This document shows positions 1 through 12,735 of a DNA stretch of 64,000 bases, one piece after another (position 1 is the stretch's first letter; every line of letters starts with the position of its first letter). The DNA is from Octopus vulgaris (lineage: Eukaryota): contig OX597824.1 of the NCBI GenBank assembly GCA_951406725.2, positions 8,618,001-8,682,000 on the forward strand, given 5' to 3'. The notes beneath the pieces are model-generated. The model saw nothing but the letters and a program-made list of their open reading frames with translations, was not told the origin of the DNA and did not search any database. Position numbers and translations under genes: made by a program.

Positions 1-117
1 GTGGACTGGTGCAACGTGAAATAAAGTGTCTTGCTCAAGGACACAAAGCGTCGCCGGGAATTGAACTCATAACCTAACGATCGTGAGCCGAATGCCCTAA
101 CCACTAAGCCACGCGCC
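1..117 (-). mobile_element. tRNA-derived SINE head (family A), truncated by window edge
   Basis: Reverse complement reads GGCGCG-TGGCTTAGTGG (A box)...GAGTTCAATTCC (B box)...TGTGTCCTTGAGCAAGACACTTTATTTCACG; homologous to 7367-7470 and 9575-9811. Confidence 0.85.
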
Positions 118-254
118 CTCACGTATATATATATTTGAGTTTTTGTGTGTGTTTATGTACGTGTGTGTGTACATACATATATACACATATATACACATAT
201 ATAAACATGCACACACACGCACACATGCATAGATACATATATGCATATATATGA

Positions 255-465
255 TCCTCGTCGTTTAAGCTCCATGCTCTATACTGGTGTGGGCTAGATG
301 GTTTGACACAGTCCAGTGCGTCCAAGAATTGCATCAAGTTCCAGTGTCTGCATTGGCGAAGTATTTACGGTTGGATACTCTTCCTAATGCCTGCCACTTT
401 ACAGCGTGACCAGTGTTCTCTATGGTGCCACCGGCACAACTGAGATTGCCAAGCAATTTGCCGCA
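255..465 (-). mobile_element. Degenerate SINE/retroposon fragment
   Basis: Contains the reverse complement of an AGGAAG(G)G(C)ATCC(A)GCCGTA-like motif and a GTTAAACGA(C/T)GA-type tail; a similar decayed piece lies at about 9860-10050 (+). Confidence 0.4.
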
Positions 466-587
466 GCACTACTAGCTCTGGTGTCAGCTTCATGCTATCA
501 AAGCTGATTCTGTGTGAGCTCGGAGTTTCACATTTGGCGATTCTCAGGCGATAGAGCCCCGACAACGGGAAAAACTCACATAAAAGC

Positions 588-620
588 ACTTACCTATAAA
601 AAAAATAATAATAAAAAAAC
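588..620 (-). other. Candidate recursive splice site (ratchet point), junction 593/594
   Basis: Minus strand reads TTTTTTTATTATTATTTTTTTTATAG|GTAAGT: a T-rich tract and acceptor immediately followed by a consensus donor; same strand as the exon at 38834-38874. Confidence 0.45.
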
Positions 621-1161
621 TATTTCCCAGTATTTTACAGAACTGTGTCTCAATTATATTTCATGCCAGTGTGACTCTACCATTTCTGTAGACACACACT
701 CACATGCGTTCCGAATCCAAAACGTATTGCTCTGATTTACCCTTCTCTGATCAACAGGAATTCGCTAATAAGCATATTTATTCCATTGATTTTATTCTTC
801 GCCATACATGCAATCAAACTCTACTTACATTTTTCTCATTTTATTTGCGTTATATAAATGTTCTTATTAACGATTTTTCTGTATCATTACTCAAATATCG
901 TTTATAAATTAGAGACGTGAAATGTAAAGCCACGACTTTTGAAGTCTTATTATTTATAAATATACTTTGACACGCTACACTCATTAACGAGTGTCGCTTT
1001 GCCGTTTCTTGTTTACACCGAACACTTAACGTTCAAGTGTTTAATCATGTTTGTCCATACACACACATATATACATACACAGGCGTATATATGAGATGCT
1101 TGCCTTGTCTTAACGTTTGTTATCCTCTTTAGCAATTACACACACACACGCACACACATTT

Positions 1162-1212
<51 letters not shown>

Positions 1213-1215
<3 letters not shown>

Positions 1216-1655
1216 TCAGCATATTTGGCATTAGAAATTTTTTTCTTTTGCTCTTGTTTCTAAGTTGCTTATAAATTTATCCTTTAAAGGTATTTTTTAA
1301 TATGCTGGCCATTGATAAAAATTTTGTTTCAAAAAAATTTTATCCTGTATTAGATGTAAATTTAATAGTGTTCACTTCCTGACTGTCTCACTCTTTGAGA
1401 GTTTTCAGTTCGAATCACACGCGTCTCAAATGGGCTGGAGAATTTTGGATATATATGGTTTTCTTAATTGTGGTCATGACTTAGTGTTTGCTTCTTCCAT
1501 GGGTATAAGCAAGTATTTCATTTATTTCTTTGTCGAATTTATCACTCACGAAGAGAAGGTTCTTATGAACTAACTCTGAAATCGGGTCCGATATGGTAAT
1601 AACGGAATTTTTTTTAGAAATTTCTGTCGGCTTTCTTCGATACACGTGCTTATAT

Positions 1656-1660
<5 letters not shown>
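1213..1660 (-). mobile_element. Decayed repeat fragment (possibly Penelope-like) between (TA)n tracts
   Basis: 1213-1365 is an inverted, diverged homolog of about 2925-3075; broken reading frame on the minus strand. Confidence 0.4.
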
Positions 1661-1714
<54 letters not shown>

Positions 1715-1736
1715 AATTATATAGTAATGACCACTA

Positions 1737-2229
1737 AGAGGAATGAGCACTAAAGTGACACCTAATATGCTAAACATAGACGTCAAATCGCCATTACCAC
1801 GAAGAATGTGTTCTCAAGAAAAATCTCAGGAAAACGCCAAAATGTAAAAATGAGCAAGACAAATGGCGGCCTCAGCGCGCCAAAGCGAAGACATTTGAAA
1901 AATACACCCAAATATAATTTGTAGAACTTTATACATGTTCGATTTCGGTTGAGCGTTCTGTATCTAGTTCTGGAAATTGTGTTTTGTAAGCGACAGACTA
2001 CGCTGACGATATTGCAGATATCTGCGTGTTTGCATTCGTAGATATTAACAAGTGAAACCATTGGTATGTAGGTAATCGTTTTTTATTACGTATATTTTCA
2101 TTTGTCTTGCTCATTTTTACATTTTGGCGTTTTGCTGACATTTTTTCTTCAGAACACATTCTTCGTGGTAATGGAGATTTGACGTCTATGTTTAGTATAT
2201 TAGGTGTCCACTTTAGTGGTCATTCCTCT
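1737..2229. mobile_element. MITE with ~130-bp terminal inverted repeats, TA flanks
   Basis: 1737-1865 (AGAGGAATGAGCACTAAAGTG...GAGCAAGACAAATG) is the reverse complement of 2099-2229 with few mismatches; TA at 1735-1736 and 2230-2231. Confidence 0.85.
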
Positions 2230-2307
2230 TAATTTTTTATGTAACAGAATTTTTAATCTTCGGATTTTTAAACATGCTAAGCCACTGGTTTTAATTGATT
2301 AAAACTT

Positions 2308-2432
2308 ACAAGGCTTTGGTCGACCCGAGGCTATAGTAGAAGACACTTGTCCAAGGCTCCACGCAGTAGGACTGAACCCAGAACCACGTGGCTCGGAAGC
2401 AAGCTTCTTACTACACAGCCACTCCTGCACCT
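2308..2432 (-). mobile_element. tRNA-derived CORE-like SINE (family B) head
   Basis: Reverse complement matches the 5' part of the full copy at 33080-33468 (GGAGTGGCTGTGT..., CCTTGGACAAGTGTCTT). Confidence 0.85.
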
Positions 2433-2495
2433 ATATACATATATGTATATATATATGTATATGTATATGTATATATATGTATATATATATATATG

Positions 2496-2544
<49 letters not shown>

Positions 2545-2613
2545 TAGTTTCAGCCCAGAGCTGCGGCTATGCTGATGCACCGTTATACATATGTACATGT
2601 ATATGTATATGTA

Positions 2614-2724
<111 letters not shown>

Positions 2725-3034
2725 ATATATATACACACACAGAATGTTAAAAAAATCATAGTCTCTCCGCAGTAAATATCTTATTACAAAATAAATATTT
2801 ATAAGATGGTATAAGATTACAAAAGAATATATTAGGCTTTACAAGTCTTTAAAGAAAAAGTATAAGAGATTTTGAAAGTGACGTCCTTCATTTTCAATAC
2901 ATAAGTTGACTCTTCAACACATGTATATATAAATTTACTTCTAATATAGGATAAAATGTTTTCAAAAAATTTCATCAAGTGGCCAGTATATTAAAATACC
3001 TTTTAAGGTGAAAATTATAAACAATTATAAATAT

Positions 3035-3177
3035 GAGCAAAAGAAAAAAAATTCAAAACCAATATTCTGAGAAATAGACTTTAAAGGATCAATCACCACA
3101 TACAATATATTGTATGTGGGGATTGACGATTTAAAGTCTATTTCTCAGAATATTGCTATAGGAATTTTTTATTTTGC

Positions 3178-3180
<3 letters not shown>
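3035..3180. repeat. ~145-bp palindrome centred at 3107/3108
   Basis: AATATTCTGAGAAATAGACTTTAAA...CACATACAATA|TATTGTATGTG...TTTAAAGTCTATTTCTCAGAATATT. Confidence 0.9.
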
Positions 3181-3224
<44 letters not shown>

Positions 3225-3227
<3 letters not shown>

Positions 3228-3382
3228 TATAGTCAATTATAAAAGGGTAAAACTAATTAATTATTAATGATCAATTTTACCAAATAGTGTTCAGTATGTA
3301 AAAAGACCATTTACGGTGTATTTAAAACATTACGTTATATAATTAGGGTTCTGTAAAATAATTTACCTTACCACACACCGTG

Positions 3383-3385
<3 letters not shown>
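3225..3385 (-). mobile_element. Diverged fragment related to the hammerhead element at 14172-14841
   Basis: Aligns by eye with 14670-14810 (AAGGGT.AAA.TAATTAATT...ACCAA.TAGT.TTC.G.ATGTAAAA...CCTTACCACA.ACCG). Confidence 0.6.
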
Positions 3386-3453
<68 letters not shown>

Positions 3454-3633
3454 GTGCACGTGAGTGTGCGTATGTATGTTCATTCTACAGAATGTAGCCG
3501 AAAAGTATACATCTGCTTTTAAAAGGTATCGTTATTTTCTTTGTTTCTTTTTTCCTGCTTATTTTTTCCTTATTCTATGGTATTCTTTCTTTGAGCGTAC
3601 AGTTTACTGTGCGAAACTTTTCATGTAATTTTG

Positions 3634-3686
<53 letters not shown>

Positions 3687-3857
3687 TTGTCATCAACTTC
3701 TGATGTTTGGTCTGTCTGCTGTAACCTTTCACATTGACCAATTGTCTGTCCCTTAGACTGCTCGTTCTTTTTGTGCTATTTTACACACAGACACATACAC
3801 ACACACACGTGCGTAACATACACATACATATATACGTACATATATGTATGTATATAC

Positions 3858-4072
3858 GGCGGCGAGCTGGCAGAAACATTAGCACGCCGGTCGAAATACT
3901 TAGCGATATTTCGTCTGTCTTTACGTTCTGAGTTCAAATTCCGCTGAGGTCGACTTTGCTTTTCATTCTTTCGGGGTCAATAAATTAAGTACCAGTTGCG
4001 TACTGGAGTCGATTTAATCGACTTGCCTCCCCCTCCTGAAAAATTTCAGGCCTTGTTCCTAGTGTAGAAAAG
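3858..4072 (+). mobile_element. tRNA-derived SINE (family C), alternative tail
   Basis: GGCGGCGAGC-TGGCAGAAAC (A box), GAGTTCAAATTCC (B box), central CTTTCAT.CTTTCGGGGTC.ATAAATTAAGTACC domain. Confidence 0.9.
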
Positions 4073-5449
4073 CATATATGTATGTATGTCTATATAAATA
4101 TATATATATATGTATACATATCTTTATATCCCTATGTATGTATATATATACACATATATATATATGCATATATGTATTTATATATATATATACATACATA
4201 CACACACACATTCTTATGAACAATTTGACTCACTTCCATTTACTGAAAGCTTTGTGGGCGTCGGAGACATCCACTTCGTCAGGTGTTCAGAAAGAGATTG
4301 ATGTATTCTACGCCCACGAAACTTTAAGTAATGCGGAGCTGAGTCACTTACGCGTGTGTGTGTATGCATTTGCATGAGTGTTGTCTACTGATAGAACGAC
4401 GCATGTGTTGTGAGACTGCTTGTCTGTGTGCCTGTGTGCGTGAGCGTGTGAGTGGTATAAAGTGTATGGTTTTGTGCAACAATTCCACTAAGTCTCCAAT
4501 CTAGTAGACATGCGCATGTGTATTTTTTTCGAGATTATATTAATATTTGACTATGACGTCGGCGCATACCTGACTGTGAATCTGCACATGTGTGCGTATG
4601 CGTGTGTCTGCTTGCCTGTGAATATAAGAGCTCGTATGTACATGTGTATGTGTGTGAGTGTGTGTGTGTGCTTTCCAAGTTTGCAAAATTTTCATTAAGA
4701 TTTTGAAAAAAATCATTTCAAAATTCTACAAATTTTCTTTCTTCTTTTTCTTCCAGTTTTTCGCATTCATTTGAAATAAAGCTTACAAAACGATCTGCCT
4801 TCCCCACTCGACACAAATATTTTAATCTTTTCATCGCAATCTTCCATCTGCGGCTATTAGTTGCTGATGCGATAAAAATTCAGAGTTCAATAAAATCGGT
4901 GAATTTCAGCGTCGATAATAATTAGTCAATACGATAACTATACTACATGGAACGGGTGTTAAATATCCTTTTAACGAAAAACCCCCATAAAATATGAGGC
5001 AGATATGCTTGAATTGTAGGATTTTATTCTTCGTAGGAGAGGGTAATGTTTTGCTATTTTTGCGTTCGCATTAGCGCCAAGCTATTAAAAATGTGTTATA
5101 CTTCATGTGTGCTTACTTGTAACCAAAGCAATTTGGATTTTCTTTTCTCCCCCTCTTGTTTCTACGCTCTTAGATGAAACTTCTGGTTCTTTACTTTCAT
5201 ATGTACTATTTCTTATATATCGAAGCAAGAGTCTCGTCTTAGCAAATGTCAGGCGGGTGCACGGTGTTTACAAGTACCAAATAGAGTAAAATGGCGTCTT
5301 TCGTCCTTTATGAGTCACTACCGCAACGAGGCTCGCCTCGTTCCGACAGAAATTGTGTTTTTAACATAAGTCTTTGAAGAGATTTTACATACGTCCATAC
5401 ATACACGTACACGCATGCTCACGCAGGTACACACATACACATGCACACA

Positions 5450-5740
5450 CACTATTACTTCGTACACAAACACGCACATACAATCTTACTTCGTTCACAC
5501 ACACACGCACGCACACGCACACACAATCTTACTTCGTACACACACACACATACAATCTTACTTCGTACACACACACGCACGCACACGCACACACAATCTT
5601 ACTTCGTACACACACACACAATCTTACTTCGTACACACGCACACAACCTTAATTCATACACACACGCACACACAATCTTACTTCGCACAGACACACGCAC
5701 ACACAATCTTAATTCGTACTCACACACGCACACACACAGC
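5450..5740. repeat. Compound minisatellite: CAATCTTACTTCGTACAC core separated by variable (CA)n spacers, about 9 copies
   Basis: Core or variants at about 5451, 5481, 5524, 5553, 5595, 5618, 5644, 5673 and 5704. Confidence 0.85.
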
Positions 5741-6928
5741 TTGCTGACGTCAATCAATTTTCACCCATATAACATTAATTCTCGCGAAGCAAGAAACATG
5801 CTAGCCCAATGTGCTACGCGCTAGAACTGAACACGAAACAATGTGGTTGCGAAGAGAACGTCTTTACAACACAACCACGCCTACGCTCCTGCTTTGAGGC
5901 GTTGATCAAAGTCTTTTCTTGGGTGTGTATCTGATATCATTTGAAGAAACCGATTAATCAATACTGCTATAGAAGCTACGTCAGGTGTTAGAAGCAATGT
6001 ATTAAAATTAAGAGCTGCATCATTGTTAATATTATGAGTATGACTTATAGTGAAATCCTTTCTGGAGGGAACCAAATCTTGGCGAGAAACTTTTGATAGC
6101 ATTCTTCATCAAATCTAATGAATACACATTATAGATTACCTTCTAATAGTTGTATCACCCAAAAGAGGAACATAATTATAGTTTCTCAGAAAATATTTAA
6201 AAGGGACCTTTATACATCCAAGAAAAGAGCAACCGATAGTAATTCTCTAATATGGCTGCTTGAAACAATCTCTCATGGAAAGTAACTTTCATATTCGTGG
6301 ATAATAGGGGAGCTTACTGTGTGAAAAGAATCGACAAGATCACTTCACTCTTTGCAATACAAATAGAACATTTCGCTAGGATATTTCTTGGAGGATAAAA
6401 TTCCAGAACTTGATATTTTTAGCATAAAACCAACACCTTAGATTAGCTGCAACAAACGCGTATTCTCTATCAGCGTATTCAAGCGCCAACGGCCTTATTG
6501 CAGAGAAAGGCATCGCCAGGCACGCTGCTGTTTCTTGCACATAAGCAAAGTAACTGACTGAACTTGTCAATAACCACAGGATGATATCTATTATTTGTGT
6601 TGGATAGGCCCTTAGAGTCTACTCTGTCACTTTCCTGTTGCTGAATCAGTTTAATAAATTAGGGGGTATTTTCCCGCAAGACACAGGACAGCGGTTTGCT
6701 CTGAGGCGGATTCGGTAATAATACATTTATAGCAGAGGTTGTTCTGATATAACTGAAGAATAGGGAAAGTGACAGGAATTAATGAAATAATATTGGAGAA
6801 TTATTTCTGGATCATGTAAACGTTCTATGAATAAAGTTGAGAATGTAATGTTACAAGATACATACATCCATCCATACACACATGTGAAAGTGTGTATTCA
6901 TATAAAATACATGTCACATGTATATATA

Positions 6929-7313
6929 CTAGCAGTATCGCCCGGCGTTGCTCGGGTTTGTAAGGGAAATAACTATATAAGAATTTTTAGAGATGTAAAG
7001 TATAATAGCCATCTCAATATGGCTAACCACAAAGGGGGAGGGGTGTTACTGTAGCTTTTTACGTTCTGAGATTTAATAATACATTTTTATAGAGTTACTT
7101 CAAAATGCATTAAAAATGTGAAAAATTGATGGTAATTTTTTTTTTAAATCGTAGACTCATCGTAGACGCGCGCTAATACCCAGAAGGGCTCGATATAAAT
7201 CACGACTATAAGATATCCGGTTTTGGTTAAACTGCACCGCAAAATGTGGGAGTAGTTAGGAATCTAAATTGTAGGAGACAGACAGCACACAACCTCACTT
7301 TTATATATAAAGA
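6929..7313 (-). mobile_element. Non-autonomous Helitron
   Basis: Minus strand: A|TCTTTATATATAAAAGTG...CCCGAGCAACGCCGGG (subterminal hairpin) CGATACTG-CTAG|T; inserted between A and T, no TSD. Confidence 0.85.
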
Positions 7314-7366
7314 TATAATATGATATAATATAATATATAATATAATATATATTGTATGTGAGTGAA

Positions 7367-7470
7367 GGCGCATGGCTCAGTGGTTAGAGCGTCGAGCTTA
7401 CGATCGTGAGGTTGTGAGTTCGAATCCCAGACCGGGCTGCGTGGTGTGTTCTTGAGCAAGACACTTTATT
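7367..7470 (+). mobile_element. tRNA-derived SINE head (family A), 3' truncated
   Basis: TGGCTCAGTGG A box, GAGTTCGAATCC B box, TGTTCTTGAGCAAGACACTTTATT. Confidence 0.85.
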
Positions 7471-7481
7471 AATCGGTTTCG

Positions 7482-7575
7482 ATTGGTTTGGAATTATGTG
7501 ACGTCAGCAACTGGTGTTTGTGGAATTTCATTGGACTGGAGGTGGGTGACGTCAGCATCTTGTATATATATAAAT
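7482..7575. promoter_or_regulatory. Duplicated CCAAT/CRE composite motif
   Basis: ATTGG-N12-TGACGTCAGCA at 7482-7509 and again at 7530-7557, followed by a TATATATATAAA tract. Confidence 0.35.
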
Positions 7576-7659
7576 ATATGTTAGTATACTTATTAGTATA
7601 TCTACTCTTAGATATATATGTGCATTAAACAATATATTCTTTTATTTATTCATTATTTT

Positions 7660-7858
7660 GGTTGTTTCAGTTATTTCACTGCGGCCATGCTGGAGAACCG
7701 ACTTTAGTCGACCAAATCGACCCCCAGGACTTATCCTTTGAGAGCCTAGTAATTATTCTATCGTTCTCTGATTGCTGAACCGCTAAGTTAAGGAAATGTA
7801 AACACGCCAACATCAGTTGTCAAACGATGGTGGGAGGACAAACACAGATGCACAAATA

Positions 7859-7860
<2 letters not shown>
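7660..7860 (-). mobile_element. SINE family B 3' module
   Basis: Reverse complement of the TAAGTCCTGGGGTCGATTTG...CTCCAGCATGGCCGCAG tail seen at 33290-33468. Confidence 0.85.
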
Positions 7861-7913
<53 letters not shown>

Positions 7914-8564
7914 TATATATATATATATACACGGGCTACTAATTGCTTCATAAACGGAACGTGTTATCTGTATACAGTAAGCAATATTTATCTTACCCGA
8001 TGGAGTATTTTATATTGATCTTACCTTAACGGAAAAGTAGAAGCAAAAATTATGTATGCATATATGTATCTACGCATGTAATACATGTATACATGTTTGT
8101 AACGTATGTAAATATAACATTTAGTGGATGCAGTTATGAGGCATGTGGTACTTTTACTATTTTCAGAATTAATTAATACTAATGAAAGGCAGAAATATAA
8201 AAATGAAAATATTTAAAATTTAACAAAAAAACGAGAAAGCAAACGCAAGTATTTATTCATAAAAAAACTGAATTTGAGATATTCAGAGAAAATGCATTTG
8301 TGTGAAATATGTTTCCCGCTTTTTATATTTTACATGTTTGTTGTTTTGCATTCATGATTGTGTTTCGAATTTTTTTTTTTGCTCACAAATTTATTAGACG
8401 TGCAAAAGCAGCAGATGTATGGCGTCCAGCGTGAATGCGGAATTTATTATTTTATTTTATTGTATCTACTTTGGCGGATGACGTGTATGAAATGGATGGA
8501 TATAAATGTAATATATGGATATAAATATGTATGAAATGGATGGATATATATATATATATATACC

Positions 8565-8691
<127 letters not shown>

Positions 8692-9087
8692 TGATGGATA
8701 GGCAGAGAGAAGGGCGAGAGAGGGAGAGGTGGAGGAATAGACAGAGAGGTAGATAGATCGATCGATAGATTACATAGAAAGGGCGGATGAGAGGGAGATA
8801 AACACACACACACACGCAGATCAGAAATATGATCTGCCAAGCAAGTGCTATAAATCTACACACACATATTCACACAAACACTCACGCACATACACACGCA
8901 TATACATACATATATACATACAAACATATATACATACATACATACATACATACATACATACATACATACATACATACATACATACATACATACACATATA
9001 TGCGCGTGTATACGTGTGTGTATGCACCCGTATGTTTGTCATGGTCATGTCTCTCCCTCTTTTTCCCTCTCTCTATTTATATATATA

Positions 9088-9123
<36 letters not shown>

Positions 9124-9162
9124 TACACACATACATACATATATATATAGACATATATATAG

Positions 9163-9201
<39 letters not shown>

Positions 9202-9295
9202 CATATATGTATGTATGTACACGTATATGTACATGCTCACACACACATTGACACACGCACACACGTGTGTATGCATGCATGTATAAATTTATGTT

Positions 9296-9454
9296 CAAGC
9301 ATGGTTGTGTGGTTAAGAAATTTGCTTTCCAGTTGCGTGGTATCGAGTTCAGACCAACTGTGCGGCACCTCTGGCAAGTCTCTCCTACTATTGACCCGGG
9401 CCGACCCAAGCTCTGCGACTGAATTTGAGAGAGGAAAATCTAAAGAAACCCCAT

Positions 9455-9457
<3 letters not shown>
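9296..9457 (+). mobile_element. SINE family B head, diverged
   Basis: TGGTTGTGTGGTTAAG...GAGTTCAGACC...GCACCTCTGGCAAGTCTC; similar diverged heads at about 10094-10220 and 11973-12135. Confidence 0.7.
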
Positions 9458-9505
<48 letters not shown>

Positions 9506-9574
9506 ATATATATATATATATATGCAAGTATATATGTATATAGATGCAAGTATATATGTATATAAAATAAATAA

Positions 9575-9811
9575 CCCTTTTAAAGCCCAGTCAGGTTCAT
9601 GGGCCCGGTTTCCATGTTTCTATGGCATATGTGTTCCCCAGCTGGACGGGACACCAGTCCATCGCCGCGTTACTCATTTTTGCCAGCTGAGTGGACTGGA
9701 GCAACATGAAATGAATTGTTTTGCTCAAGAACAGAACGTTTCGCCCGGTCCAGGAATCGAAACCACAGTCCTACGATCATGATGCTGACACCTTAACCAC
9801 TTAACCATATG
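9575..9811 (-). mobile_element. SINE: family A head with tail X
   Basis: Reverse complement gives a tRNA-like head, TTCTTGAGCAAAAC, CCAGTCCACTCAGCTGGCAAAAATGAG, then GCGATGGACTGG.GTCCCGTCCAGCTGGGG; tail shared with 25608-25909. Confidence 0.8.
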
Positions 9812-10453
9812 TATATGCGTGTATGTTTATGTCTATTTGTTTTGACAGCGTGCGTAATTGTAAAGTGAACATCGTCATATATGAGGTGTTGTTCGTTTCG
9901 CATTAACATGTTCAGTCAGCGACAAGTACTACCTTGTTAGGAAACAGGTGTAAAGAAGATCATTCGGCCGTAAGAAATCTGCTTCAACAAACTCCGTCTG
10001 ACTCATTCGAGAATAAAAATGCGGAGGTTAAAACGATGATGATGATGGTGGTTATGATGATTTGCATGTATAAGGATATATGCAAATATTTCCCAGTTAC
10101 GTAGTTCCGGATTCAGTCCCACTGCGTGGCACCTTGGACAAATCCTTTCTGCTATTGTCTCGGGCCGACCAAAGTCTTGTCAGTGGATATGGCATATAGA
10201 GACTGAAAGAAGCTCGTCGTATATATATATATATATATATATGGAAAAAAAAAGTCAAGATAGAAAATGCTAAATTAATTTTATAAAAAACATTTCAGTA
10301 CCGGTTTCAGTCATTGAAACTTTTTCAACTTTAACAATTAAATAATTAAATTTAGAAAAATTAAAAGAAAATATTTTAAAAAGAATTTTGTATAGTGTTC
10401 AAATACAAGTGGCGTTTTCCTTGTTTCTGCCTGTCGCTATCTCTCTTGTTTAC

Positions 10454-10522
<69 letters not shown>

Positions 10523-10819
10523 TATGCATCTATGCGTGTGTATGTATGTGCGTGTGAGTGTTTGTGTTCGTGGTGTGTGGTGTGTGTGTTAGTGTGTGTG
10601 TACTGAAGCATAGTCTTGTGTGCATCGTATAGATTATCTCGTGGTAGTTGTTATGGTTCTCTACGCTATGGGTTCTTCCTTTTTTCAGCCCATAAATAAA
10701 GTTTCAGTCCTGCTTTGGTGGAGAGAAGACATTCTTTTTTCTTTTCTTCCTTTCTGTCTACGCACATACACACATATCTATATGTGTGTGTGTATGTATA
10801 TGTGTGTGTATGTGTGTGT

Positions 10820-10909
10820 GTGTGTATGTGTATAAAAGTACATTCATACATATACTTATCTATCTATTTTTCCTCTCCCCCTCTTTCAACCTCTCTCTTT
10901 CTATCTTTC

Positions 10910-10950
<41 letters not shown>

Positions 10951-11329
10951 ATATATATATATATATATGTGCGTGTGTATGTGTATATACTCTCTTTCTA
11001 TCTTTCTTTACACACACACACACACACATACACTCACACACACACGCACACACTCATACACACATATATATATATATGTGCGTGTGTATATGTATATACT
11101 CTCTTTCTATCTTTCTTTACACACACACACACATACACGTACACACACACATACACACACGCACTCACAAACACGCACACACACACGCACACACGCACAC
11201 ACACATATATATATGTGTGTGTGTATATATATGTGTATAAATGTACATTCATACATAGTTATCTATTTATTTTGCTTTCCCCCTATTTCCGCCTCTCTCT
11301 TTCTATCTTTCTTTACACACACACACACA

Positions 11330-11376
<47 letters not shown>

Positions 11377-11380
11377 GTAC
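10820..11380. repeat. Higher-order tandem repeat built of microsatellite blocks
   Basis: CTCTCTTTCTATCTTTCTTTACACAC recurs at about 10893, 10990, 11099 and 11295; TGTATAAA.GTACATTCATACATA occurs twice. Confidence 0.75.
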
Positions 11381-11784
11381 ATATATCAATGCTATCAAAA
11401 CAAACAGTGTATTCTAGGAAATAAGCTGGAACCAGTGTTTACCAAATACATTACCATAAAACACACCGCATGTGTCTGCTACAAACCTCTTATAACGCAT
11501 CGTACATCGACAGGCCTACGTTTGTGACCAAGGTTCATTTAGCAAAACTTTATATTTTCTCAATAATCAATGTGGCATGCTTTCCATACATATATAACGC
11601 TAGCTTCATTATGACATGTTCTATATATAACGTTCTTACAAGCGAAGCATACGCACGTCACACTAAACACATTTTATTCAATATATGCTCGCTGCATATA
11701 TTTCTAATGGTTAATTAAAATGAGTTACGGTATAAAACATATTACACACACACACACATATATATATCTATATATATATGTATG

Positions 11785-11920
<136 letters not shown>

Positions 11921-12210
11921 TTTATGTATATATATGAGCACAGACACATGATATATATTTCAAACGTTCAGGATAGGCGCAGCCATGCTTGCTTGGTTTC
12001 GAAGCTCGTTATGGAGTCGCTTGTATTCGGTTTCGTTCCACTACGAGGTATATTGGCCAAGTGTCTTCTACAGCCCTGGGCCGACAAATAACTTGCAAGT
12101 AAATTTGTTTGGCTGAAACTGTGTGAAAGCACTCGTATACATACATGCATGCATACATACATACATACATCCAACCATCCATCCATCCATCCATCTATCC
12201 ATCCATACAT

Positions 12211-12525
12211 AGTGTAAAAGACAACACCTATGCTGAGCTATTGAGAAATCTGCAGTACCTCTATCCAGATTACAAGTCCATGTTTATACCTGTAATCATT
12301 GGGGTCCTGGGATATGTAACACACTGCCTATATGCTAATCTTGAGAAATTAGGCGTCATAAAACCATTAAGAAGAAAGCTAATTCGAAGACTACAGATCC
12401 AATCCATCACTGGAACAATCTGTAAAACTTTCCTGAAGTTTATCATTTAAACATATATGAGCATGTTTAGATATGCAACTATATGCATGAGAATACATAC
12501 ATAAGACAAAATATACAAATTTTCA
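12211..12525 (+). mobile_element. 3' fragment of RLE-type LINE (Dong/R4-like)
   Basis: Translates VKDNTYAELLRNLQYLYPDYKSMFIPVIIGVLGYVTHCLYANLEKLG...LQIQSITGT..KTFLKFII*, with the IPVIIG(A)LG C-terminal motif of restriction-like-endonuclease LINEs; homolog at 54291-54751. Confidence 0.75.
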
Positions 12526-12703
12526 CATATACATACATGCATACATACATACATACATGCATACATACATGCATGCATACATACATGCATACGTACATAC
12601 ATATATACATACATATATACATACATACGTTCATACACGCATACGTACATACTTACATTCATACATACATATATACAGTCATTCATACATACATACAGTC
12701 ATT

Positions 12704-12735
<32 letters not shown>

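Noticed and set aside
5450-5740. Repeat-spacer pattern superficially like CRISPR
   Set aside because: Spacers are (CA)n, context is eukaryotic, and there are no cas genes
5881-6600. Unique-looking ORFs of 73 and 64 aa
   Set aside because: No recognisable motif, stops in adjacent frames, no splice signals; possibly a decayed TE
7367-7440. tRNA gene
   Set aside because: A and B boxes are present, but it continues into a SINE body and has dispersed homologs; SINE head, not a tRNA
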